Positions 14,779 through 26,500 of a DNA stretch of 64,000 bases are shown here, piece after piece. The translations under genes were made by a program, and so were the position numbers. Location of the stretch: NCBI RefSeq assembly GCF_001186125.1, contig NW_014040452.1, positions 14,424 through 78,423 of the forward strand, given 5' to 3'. This DNA comes from Sphaeroforma arctica JP610. Lineage: Eukaryota. The notes under the pieces were generated by a model. It saw nothing but the letters and a program-made list of their open reading frames with translations, searched no databases and had not been told where the DNA came from. How positions within the stretch are numbered: position 1 is the stretch's first letter; every line of letters begins with the position of its first letter.

Positions 14779-16950
14779 GTGTATGTTACTATAGCAATAA
14801 GGTGCGACGGGAGCCATGTGTATTCAATTATATTCTCCACAAGAGACGATCACTGTCTAAAGAGGTTTGTCGGGTTTGCCGATGCGTTTAACCGCACCGT
14901 AGCCGAGGCACTTGTCTCCGACAATAATAGTCAGGACAATGCTTCGGATAAGGATGTAGCCACTCCGATTAAAGAGACTACTCCTACAGATAGAGCCCGA
15001 GAGCCAACTATTGCCTCAGCTTCGAAGCTCTCACTTACGAAGCCAAGAAGTGAGACAAGGGACACGTCTCAAGACGCCCCACCCAATTCTTCTGACGAAA
15101 CTCAGAAAGAAAAGTCCCCAATTATAGGGGACAAAGACGAGTCTCAGAAGGTAACTATACCGGAACCAGAAGAGGAGGCAAGCTCAAGTGGCAAACCCGA
15201 ATCTACGTCCGAGACCACTGAGCCAATGCGCATAAGTAAGTTAACTACTGAAAACACTGATCTTAAGAATCAGTTAGCCATCCCTATGAAAGGCATGACT
15301 GTTGAACATGTAGATCGAATGTATGGATCAGGAAAAAACGCAGATCACTTACGCGAGCATGTTTCTCCGGGCACTACTGAAACCTTACAGAAGTGGGCAG
15401 AACGTCGGCTGGCAATTACGCCCGAAAAGCGTAAGGACCTGAGCGCCAAACCTGTGGCAGATGACCCAAATGTGCTCAGCGTATCTATATCTTACGAGGT
15501 ACTACCACCAGAACTCCAGGCTAATTATTCGCCTGTTCTAACACCCGGACATGAGTCGCCTGTCCATGAGGGTATTATAGACCCAGGGGCAGGTAGAAAC
15601 ACTCCGCCACCTTTACCCAACTGGGATGACAATCGTCGGAAACCAGTTAAGATCATAATACCAACAACTATCCAAGGAACAGAGCACCGAAAGGCCTCGA
15701 CCATGAACTTTACACGGGGTAATAAACACTTCCGTAAACGTTTTAACGATGTCGAATTTACTCGCTTCGATCGCACCGCCTTACACCAACCCGGGAGGAT
15801 TTTCACTCTGACGAGGTGACCGAACTTAATAAATCGGTCGACGATTACACCATTAAGATGGAAATCGCCCATGGCGAGCACCATGCCGAGGACATATCAT
15901 ATTTTGCTAATATGATCGCGATCAAGCAGAAACGTATCGATCAGCTACTTCAGGCCCAACGTGGACAAGACCACCGGGATAACCAGAAGTACACGGGACA
16001 GATCAGTCGACTTAAGTCAAACTGGGATGCCAAGTAGGTCGCTTTTATAAACAACCATGACCTCGACACGCTAACCCGTACGCTTAATGTGTTTACGGTC
16101 ATGCTGGAGACGAATGCTATCGCTCCCCAGCAATGAATTTCTGCTTTAATGCAGTTGTTTGACCCTACAGGAACAAGTCACTTGATCCTGCAGCGACACC
16201 AGCATGAACTAGACACTTGTCGTGACTGGCCAGCTGTGTGTTGATTGGTTACGTCCTTATTAAGCAAGGACATGCGCAGTCCAGGACTGAGTTCAATCTT
16301 AAATGAACCAGTTGAGAATACTCCTATTCGGAGTTACATTCTGAAACTTGATGCTGACCTTAAACGTCCAGATATAACAAAGGACAATGCTCAGCGATGG
16401 TACGAGTTCCTGGTTATGCATGTTTTCTGTCAGAACACAGGGAACAAGTCTTTACACCGAGTTGCGACGTAAGTACGCAACTGAGGCTCGAGACAAGGGA
16501 CATGAAACAAAGTTTCATCTATCCCGACTTACGTGGGAACAGTTTTATGACACTGTATCCACCTTTTCCCCGCACACCGAGTAACCTCGTAGGGAAAGGC
16601 GGTAAATAAGACACCGTGCGAGCTCCCTGATCAAGGATACCTCTCACGCCAGACATCATATGATAAGCCTCATCAGACGCGTCCTAATTAGACACGAGCT
16701 CGCGACTCTACTTAATCAACGCGACCCGATAAACGGGCACGCGCAGAGGCGAAGGACAAGGAACTTCCATTTAAGGATATTAAGAAAAGTGCCGACGCAC
16801 AGTGTGGGTATGACATGTACCAATTGACCCCTAACGGTTATTGGAACGGAAGACATGCACCCATCTGTACACACTTTCTTACTAAGTGTGACAAGTGTGA
16901 GAAGACCAATGGCTATCACGATAAGTCTTGCGACACGAAGCCCGACATTA
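14779..16950 (+). pseudogene. Gypsy gag-like region (disrupted)
   Basis: 346-aa low-complexity ORF 14779-15819, coiled-coil-like ORF 15816-16037, broken helical segments, and Cys/His knuckle-like motifs near 16810-16935 (CDKCEKTNGYHDKSC) just before the protease. Confidence 0.6.
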
Positions 16951-17029
16951 AGTTGGAGTGAAAGTACTACCAGGTACAATCGATACAAAGAAGATACAAC
17001 GACTCCTTAGATGAGCGTGAAATAATCCC

Positions 17030-19070
17030 TGTATATTGCAACGGAAATAAAGCCCTTGCATTGATTGATCCTGGTTCAGAAATTTCATGCATATCCGACC
17101 ACTTTGCATTGATGAAAGACATTGAAAGGCGAACTCAAACCACTCACCTAATTTTAGCAGATGATAAAACTTCTAAGTGTGATACCATGGCCACAAATGA
17201 TAAAATCTCCCTGGCCGATGATAGAAATATCACGACTCAAGCTGTGATCGTTAAGATGTCACAGAAGTACGACACTATAGTCGGAATGAGCGATTTGCTC
17301 ACGTTAGTGATAACCGTAACATGCTTACCCAACAACATAGATCCATTCAAGGATCAGTCAGACGATAATTGTCTAAAACCATATACACCACCATCGGACA
17401 CAGTCAAAGAATTAATTCCTGGCTTTGCCGATAAGATAATGGATCATATATTAGTAAATAAGAAGATAAAATTAACCGACTGGGCGAAATTTCTCTTCAA
17501 CGACGGATACGTCAGCCTTGACTTAATCAAGGTAGAATTTACTAAGCTCAAATGTCCTTCAAGAAACTATGTTTCTTAGAGACACGAAGCTGTAGTTAAA
17601 GAACAAGTCGAGAAATGGTTATCCGATGGGGTAATCGAAATCAATTACCAACAAACGCCAGTTAACTTAGTATTATTGGCAGTTGATCAACACAACTCTG
17701 ATGGAACATTTACGAAAGTCAGAGTATGTCTAGATATGAGCCCAATAAATAAATTATTGCAGACTCATAGTTTCCATTTCCCTCGTATAAACGAGTTACG
17801 GTGTTTACATCCATAGACCTAACACAGGGGATCATCAAATGCAAATTTATGAACCCCATCGTAAGTACTTTAGTTTTACCTGGAAAGGTAAACAATATAG
17901 GGTTGCACTCCTTACCAGCATTCTTCCAACAAGTAGCGGAGAAAATATTTGCAGGCATGCCTAACGTAAAAATCTACATTGATGACATAGTCACCATTTC
18001 AAAGACTGATGCTAAATATGCTAGTAAGTAGATTCCTTCAGAGACTCGACGAACAAAACTTCAAGATAAACGAGAGGAAATGTCACTTCGATATAAGCGA
18101 GATATAACTTTCAAGTTATCGCATGTCCGGAAAAGGTATTAAATTCAACCCAGAAAAGGTTGAATATTCCTTAGATTGACGAACACCAACTATTGGGTGA
18201 GATGACAATAGCATGTGTGGGCTTGTAAACTTCCTTCAGGTTAAACACCTTACTTAGCAGAATACTTGAAATTTTGCGGACACTTAAGATGTCACAAAGG
18301 TAAGATAGGAGAGCTATGGACTGAGAAGTGCGATGAGGCATTGAAAACGCTCAAACACGCCGTTTGACAATCTTCTGTAGTACAAGGGCCAGTCGATGGC
18401 ATATCATTCAAAATAGCAACAGACGCCTCCGAAATAGCACTTGGAGAAGTACTATATCATGATATCGACAATAAACCTAGATATGCACAAATATTTATTC
18501 GAGCTATGAATGCATCACAGTTGAATTACCCAACTGTTAAACAAGAATTACTAGCTATTGCTACAGCTATACATACTTTAGAGATTACGCCGTAGAGATA
18601 TTTTACTCTTTAATATATGAGAAAGATAAAGTCAGACCCTCAGTTACTGAGTAGATGGTATGACATAATATCCAAGTTCCCCTTCGATATAAGACATTTT
18701 CCTGGAATACAGAACCATTTACCGGATATGTGATCCAGGTTCGTACCAGACTATAATAAGTCAGTACGAGAGCTCTTGGCCACCGATTAAAAGTGTAATA
18801 CACGATGGTTCGAGCTGGCTCAAAAGATATTTGGGCCACATACAATCGATATTTTTGCTGCAAATCATAATGCACAACCTATAGACGATATGACATTAAA
18901 CTATCCTTTAGGTTCTTGCAAGCAGGAGGTAAGAATATGACGTTTATTGGGCTGTATCCCACTTAAAAACACTACCGCGGCCCGGTCTGCGAAGCCTGTA
19001 ATATAGATTGACCGCCAGAAAGGATCAAAAGATTGGAAACCAACTCTTAAAGGTTCAATGGAGGTGGTCT
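17030..19070 (+). pseudogene. Gypsy pol (protease, RT, RNase H, Dam-like MTase N-terminus; integrase core deleted)
   Basis: LIDPGSEISCIS at 17061 (aspartic protease); FTSIDLTQG ~17805; YIDD 17975-17986; ATDASEIALGEVL ~18416; YPTVKQELLAI ~18527; RWYDII..F.IRHFPGIQNHLPDM*SR ~18655-18739. Confidence 0.85.
18785..18880 (+). pseudogene. N-terminal remnant of a Dam-like N6-adenine DNA methyltransferase in Gypsy pol
   Basis: In frame with RNase H: D*KCNTRWFELAQKIFGPHTIDIFAANHNAQP, matching the DIRS/phage MT pattern DW.L...F..L...(W/F)GP.TIDLFAS..N.Q. Confidence 0.7.
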
Positions 19071-22000
19071 ATCGAACAATTTTTGAGTTCGCTATACAAG
19101 ATTAGATGTGTTATAGTTTCTTCACGTCCGAAAAACACCACCGCGACGTCAAACAAAATAGCAAATTGACATTTCAGAGGCTGCAACTAAATTTTCATAG
19201 CAATGCATGTATATCAGTGACAAGGACAGAGAGAATACTCTGGCGTAGTTGACATTTGTGCGCCAAATTTACATGGTCCTGATATACTTTTGAGGCCATA
19301 ATTAATCGCGACCATGTTGTCCATGTAATACTGCATGTCATGATGCTCGTTCTCCACAAACTCTTGGAGGCAACGTAGTTGATACTTAGTTGATAAATCT
19401 TGTCATCTGCATCCATATACGCTACTTCTTCGAATCAGGGTACAAGAGCAGTTGATAGTAGAAAGCTGCAAGATCACATACTGACTGTACCCAGAATGTC
19501 CAGCCGTGTCGCTGTCGAGGGGTAGAACATAGGGAAGCATTTACATCGTCTTATTTGTAAGGGTTTAGTTCGTTGGCATGCAATAGGCTTTCGCATGAAC
19601 TGGCTGCTTTCGGGAAATTTTCCACAGTATGCAAATTTGTCTGGCCCACTTGCCGTATTCATCCCATTTCGCTGATACCCCAGACACATTAGAGCTCGGT
19701 GTTAAACTTTTTTCGTTTTCGCCGATTAGAGAAATGGATCCCTTGTGCGGTATACACGGCAAAGAAGTTGGGCTCTTTCTTTAATTTTTGCTTCACACCC
19801 ACATCATTCATATATTTTAGGTGCTTCTCATCAAATGAAGGAATGCCGGTGCATTGGTCAAATCCACAATTACATTCAGCTTCTCGCAAAGTCGTATCCG
19901 GTTCATTATTTGGTAACTGGGCCCCAAAGACTAAAGAATTTCCTATGGTCACACCTTTCACATTTTTTTGGAATACAGTCGGATATAAGTCCACAACGTT
20001 AGTTCCCAAATAGATTGCCGACGCATTGTCCACTAGAACACGTCGAAGTAATGTAATATATGCCTGTTGCGAGAGTGTTGCTGTCACATATTCTCCAAAA
20101 CCTTCGACAGTTTAAGGTTTCAGCAAATGTGTGACTCCTCATTGCTGGGTTTGTATATTACGGTATACACTTAACAGGTCTAAGCCATTCTCGGACCACA
20201 TCTCCCTTGGTATATCCATACATAGAACTGACGTGTATGTTGCTGGGTTAACAATGATTAGGGGATGCCGCAGCAGCCACAACCAAGCTCGGGCAGTTTG
20301 TAAAGAGTGCCCCGTCTACGTATAAGTAAAACACATAAGGCAGAGCTTATCTTTGTGTCGCAAGCGGAACTCAGTACAAGTTAATTTGTTGTTCTGTTAA
20401 CCTCTGTATTGTTCACGTTACTTAGAGCGTCGATGTTGGCCGTGGCAGTTATCAGTCATGTCTTGTTGATGTTATTGGTAATCAATCGATTGGCAGCACC
20501 CATGACTATGCCAGTTTTAGTTCCGTGAGTCAGGCTACGGTCTTGGCCAAGTATAAGCTGTTGTCGTGGTGGGGCTATATCAGCAGCTCTGTGTAGGCTG
20601 TTGATATAAAAGCACGCTGTGCTATGTGCAACTCATCCAGCTGATTCCACAGTTAAGGAAGATTCTTGTTGAAGACTGCAAATAGTGCCTCTCGGAGCTC
20701 AATTGTTGTCAGAGGACACATCGCTTGGTACTTAAATCAGCCTTATTCTCTGGATCCACTGCAATGTCAAAGTCAATGTACTCCTATTCGACCCAGACAA
20801 TGATGTCTTGTTAGGGATAATATTCTCTTGTTAGGTCGTTTGTAAAGGAAACACACTCGGTGATGCCATCCGAGACTGCCCAACACGTATAACAAATGTT
20901 GAAAATACTTGACCATCGATAACAGGCAGTCTGCCACGGGGAAACCAGCAGATACGCTAAGGAAATAGATGAATTTGCTTTGATCTTGGGGTCGCCGGAG
21001 TTGGAGTTCTGTTCGTGAATACAAACTCATCATTGTAGATTTACACTTTATCACTGAGGCTGCGTACGACTATGGGTCCACGCAGCTGCCAGCCAATACC
21101 TCTTTGGGAACATTACAGACGGCCCACCAATTTGTAGCGAGTCTAGTGTATCTGTAACCGACTGCAGCTGGAGATCTATAAAGTTTAAATACGTACACAT
21201 TATGCATACCAAGAGGTGCTTCAATACCAGTACAATGTGCAAGGTCCACATTGTGTGTGCTCCATTAGTCAGCTACCTCAAGCCCTATATGAGGGATGAC
21301 TATTGTGGCATGCTGTTGCATATTTCCTAGACCTGGTGGGTGTTTGTACACGTCATTCCTGCCCTTAATATGAGCCGGTATAGCGGCAACAATGCTACTT
21401 TTTCCTATTGTTCAAATCCCATCGCTGGCGTCGCTGGTTAGGACAATCTTCCTGGGTTTCTGTGGCAGCACGTTTTCGAGGTTGTAGGTACCGAACATCA
21501 GGGAGTATTTCCCTCTCAGCGTCTGGAAAGAAAAGAGGCGTGGGTCTAACGCAGTCTGACTGGACGTGGGCTGCTGTTCGAATTGAAACGATTCATGAGC
21601 TCGTTTTGCGTCAGCTGCTTGGGCAAACAGGCTCCTCCACATTCCCGACGAAGTGGGACTATTCTTTTCTTAGATGTTAACATGGCATCCACTCGGGAGC
21701 GCTGACAATACCCTATATTTCGAGATGAAGATAAGCCATGGAGTATTCATGGAAATTCGCATAATGCTCGGGCTTGGTATGGCGAGCAGCGCTATCGTAT
21801 TTTGCAATCAGCCAACGCTCTACAGCATTCTCTGCTCTCCCCGATGCCATAAGCCTGATTCGAATCAGCATAAGTAGATGTGTCACCTTTGCTGCCTCGG
21901 ACGGCAATCGCGTATACTATTTTTATTTTTTGTATTTCAGCCCCCCACTCACGAATAAAGGGGATGATCAAACGGTTGCGGCGACCATAGTACATTGATG

Positions 22001-22159
22001 CTGTTTACACCATACTGTCTATGTCTTTCATTATACGTGTGATCACTATTGTGGTTCGTATTGTAAGAAAACATATTGAATTATTGTGTGTGTGTTGAAA
22101 TCAAATCTAACTTGGATTGATCCCTATTATAGCGGTTAAGATAAAGAGGACTAGAGCTT

Positions 22160-22412
22160 TGTTGTAATAGACTGGACATCGTTTAGTATAGATTAGCTAA
22201 GCTAGATGTTCTGTCACATAAGACTAGTGTGCAAAGACTGGACTATCAGTCAGCTGTCTATTTCTATATAGTTCTGATTATTCCAGGGCCATAGCGAAGT
22301 ACCATATGTGCTATATGACCTAAACTATACTAACAGTCTTGTCTAGCCCAGTCGGTGCAGGGCAGCGATAGTCCTACGAGTTCAGGCCTGGTGCACTACT
22401 GCTACTACAACA
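22160..22412 (+). repeat. 3' LTR of the Gypsy element (253 bp)
   Basis: Starts TGTTGTAATAG and ends CTACTACAACA (terminal inverted repeat, TG...CA). Preceded by a purine-rich tract AAGATAAAGAGGA at ~22138-22150. Confidence 0.85.
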
Positions 22413-23519
22413 TTTAGAAAGTTTAAATACGAAACAAATGACGTGCGTCAAACAAATACGTGAACACTAACTCATCTGTACAGGTAAGCACTTGAAACCA
22501 ACATAGATAGGAAAGATACAAATAGGCCTCACTGTATCAGTTCTCCTCTAACGGAACATTACACCACTCGAAGGTTATCACGTAGCATTCTCCACATACT
22601 ATGCGCGGTCAATTAAATGTTTGCAATACATCCCTGGTGTGGCAGACTATAACTGGGTTTCTGTGATAGTGTAATGGAGCAGTCTATGTCTCTCACCAAC
22701 CATAGGTATCTCTCAACTCTATTCAAAATGCTTGACTACAAGCTACGATATACGGTAACACACCCAGAATAGAGAAAGTCGGAGTTATACATACCACAAT
22801 AGTGTTCAATGGGACAAAGCAGGTCAACAACAAGACAATCGTATAAGTGCACTGTGGATCCACTTCTAGAACTAAGATTAGATTTCAAAATTTGTAAAAT
22901 TGCGCCTAAGTAGATGAACTGTTCATGCACTGCATTTAATTGGCCACTACCTAAATTATTGTATACGATTCCCAAAACGCGACTGTGTAAGTAGGCGCTA
23001 CATATCTGACGGGAGAGCTATCGACATCCAACAAAAATCGAAAGGATAATTGTGCCATATTGGGGACCAGTCTTGTATCCATTGTCACATGGAGACCCAC
23101 ACGGGGAAACCCGAATGATCACGTGCGATAAGCTATGTTGCCCACTTCTGTGCCAGTTATTGAAATTGAATTTGCCGCGCGACAATTGCGGACACTGTTT
23201 CTCAGCTGACAGCCTTGCAGATAAAAAGATTATTTGTAGATTCGTATTGTATGTTTTATTAAATCTATCGGCAATCGTATATTATATTATAGGAGTCCTT
23301 CGTGGCACTTTGTTTGGGCAACCGATGAGTGTACCAGGCGTCTTTTCCTATATTATATACTCCGGTGTAATAAGAGGCTGTTCGTAGCAGTATACTCTTG
23401 TAGGTTTAAACAAGTTTTGTGTGTAGGTGGGTGACGGAGATGAATATCATGTGTCCTTTTTTAAGCCATTTGACAGCTGCATGTGCTCCATCTCAAAGAG
23501 TGAAATCTGTGGTATTAAT

Positions 23520-26500
23520 TTACCACATCATAGCAAAAAGACTTACGAAGGCGACAATAACAGTAGCGACGCTAAATGAGCTGGTAGACGAGGACGCCCC
23601 ATTGAAAGTGAATTCGTCGGCACCGATGTTCGAGATGGCGTCTGCCTTGCTACCTGAGTACCGAATGAAATATTTATTGTCAATAGACTATTGCGATCTG
23701 TGTATCAGAACAGGATTGTTACAATGGAGACGTTCATTTCTAAAATGGTTTAAGGGACAATGCTGATGAGATCATGGAATTTATCGGTTTGATAGTGTCA
23801 TGCGGAACAACAATACATGTAATGATGATTTATACAATCGCGCAATGTTGGACTGAAAAAACAACCACGTGTGTAGTCAAGCATCACATCAACAAGGAAT
23901 TAGGCTTATGTATTGTTTGCTCTCAATGATACTTACGCTCGATCCCATCGTCGTTTACGTATTCGTTGGATTCACTGCCCACCGTCTTTCCCGTGGTCGG
24001 AGCTACTGGGCAAAAAAGTATTGAAGGAAAAGTATATCGGTAAATAACTCTCTAAGTCACATTCTTAAATGTAGCCACCATGCAAAAGGTAAAGGTGGCC
24101 CTTCAGTGAATAGTTCTTGTGCATAGCGACTCTTCCAATAGAAATAAAGGTGAAAAGCATTTTAATGAGCACCGTTTACCCCACTAGCCCACTATAATAC
24201 ACCCGGGTTGCACTAAAACACACACTATGATACACCTTAAAATACACACTATAATACACTTATATATTTTGACTAAGTCAAATTCTACATGTGCAAAATA
24301 TGCAGAAACGCAATTCCATTTTAGTTGCCATGTTTGAGTAATATGCGCCTTTGATTTGCTAATCCCCAAAGTGTTCGCATACAGACTGTATCTCATATCT
24401 AACTTTCGGTAACAGCAGACCAGCGCATACCTTCATTCTCTCCGCTTCGAACTCCATTCTCAAGTCCATTGATGTTCTCCGCTGGAACTTCAGGCAACAC
24501 AGCTGCGTCGGAGACAGTGGGTGTCGAGACAGTGGGTGTTTCGACTGTTGACAGAAGATTCAGCTCAACGATGTTCTTCTCAGGAGTGATCGCAAACGCG
24601 AGGGTGGTGTCGTTTCCATACCTGTATCGTGGAGGTATTGATTATGCTTCTCATAGAAAGATTGACAGACTGTGTGAATGTACATATCACATTTTAAAAC
24701 AAATTAGAGTATATGATCTGTAGACATCAAGCTTCCAACAAGACATTCGAATAATAAAACAGGTAGAGAAACATACTCTTCCTTGGATAGCTGAGCATAG
24801 GACGAGGGATCCAACGATAGAAGCGGATGTTCCTTGCCGACCATTGTGACAACAGCCTGAGAAGTGAGAACAGGTGGTTGATGAGTAAATACTGACAGCA
24901 CACAATAAAAAATCTGTTGATTATTAGAGATCGAAATCTGAACTTCTCTCGTGTAATCTAGGAGGTACTGGCGGAGCCAATGTCATGCTTCGATGTATCA
25001 GAACCGCGATCAAAAGCTATCGACGCTTTGAGACAAAGATTGCTTGTCTGCGAATCGATACGTTGGTGACAAAAGTGTTTACCTCGCACGTGTTGTTATT
25101 TGTAGTGCCGACGGTGATTCCCTGGGGCGTTCCATTGACAATCTTAACGAAGCCTTGCAACCCACAGGCATCTCTTGCCATTCTCTTGCGATACTCCTCA
25201 GCTGTAACATCCATTTTAGGCGATAGAACCGGCAATTCGTTGATGAACTCCTGCACAATACATTGCCGCAACGTGTCAGTAATATATATTTTAACTGGTG
25301 ATATTTAATACCCAACAGTCAAACGCTTGAGATGCCGGAAAATCAATATCATGAGTGTACTTAAGTATTAAACCCGGTTCGGGCTGAAGAGGTAGAATGA
25401 GCTGTGAAATTAGTCAGACGATTGAAATTAAGAGCAAACAAAAGCTAGCAACCGAAACATACCATAACACCTTCGAGTACGAACTGAGCCCAGATACCAA
25501 CTATAGGCATATTGTCCTGTCGGAAGAGCTGCGCATGCATGTTGGACTGGTGGAACACTGATATTGATAAAGCAATGGTAGAAATATTGTGTTAGTATAG
25601 TAATGTTGCTAGCGCAAATGTATAATAGCCTGGTGTAGCACTGTTTTGATGGAAATGGCGACAGTTGCCTTCGCCGAGTTGGCCTACCTAGAACCATATA
25701 AAGCATACACAAAACGATTCGAAGTGGGCAAACCAATCAGTGTTCATTTTTCGAGTTCCTTACAGAATTGCACTGAACTTACTGTATGCATCCTGACGGT
25801 ATTGTATGAAGTTTAGCAACACGCTGAACGCCTCTCGTTCTAAAGCCTCAAGTCCTGTATACGGTGTCCGCTTACATGATGGGCCGTAGACAACCCAGCC
25901 ACACACTCCTTCAGTGTTGTAGTAGTCAGCGAATTGCTCCAGATTATTGATATTGTAGTCGACATTAGGAGCCCTTGGAATCGGGAAAGAAACCACAGGG
26001 TTACTCTTTGTTTGAGACTGCAGGCAACAATATATCGCTGATCCGAGCGTGACAAACTTACAAGTGCGAGCTCTTAATACACGAACAAGGGAGCTCATTT
26101 TTCTCTTCTGTAAAGAGGTTAATTTTTAAAGTCAATGTACCACCTGGTAAACACAAACTCACATTCGAGGAATGATGATTACGTTATCCGATCCGTACGC
26201 ATCTACGGTGGATAAGACTCCGTGGAACGGGTTCTGCAATAGTTGTTGTGAGTGATTGTCGGAGTGAATGTGGGGTCAGATGATGTCCATGGTTTCATCA
26301 CGATTAATACGAAGATGTTGAGCCCATAGGCTCCGGGTTGAGAGAAAAAATGTCTTAAAAAAAAGAGTTCAAATGTGCTTATAAACCCACAATTGAAATG
26401 CAAACCGTCTCTGGCTATGAAATAGCAAAGGCCATTTCAATGCTTCCTCTAGGCATGCTTTTTACAAAACCCTGGTAACGGAACATGAGATTTCTCACAG

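Larger units (their letters stand above)
13620..22412 (+). mobile_element. Decayed Ty3/Gypsy LTR retrotransposon with a methyltransferase remnant and a ~3 kb extra 3' region
   Basis: Direct repeats at both ends; gag-like ORFs; domain order PR-RT-RNaseH; many stops and frameshifts; integrase core not found. Confidence 0.85.

Noticed and set aside
13620..22412. Classification as a DIRS element because of the RT-RH-MT order
   Set aside because: It has an aspartic protease, Gypsy-type RNase H motifs and a TG..CA LTR in direct repeat; no tyrosine recombinase is seen.
22960..23220. Protein-like minus-strand stretch as additional Agd3-like exons
   Set aside because: The gene already ends with a GPI-like tail and stop at 23520; frames here contain stops and no recognisable motif.
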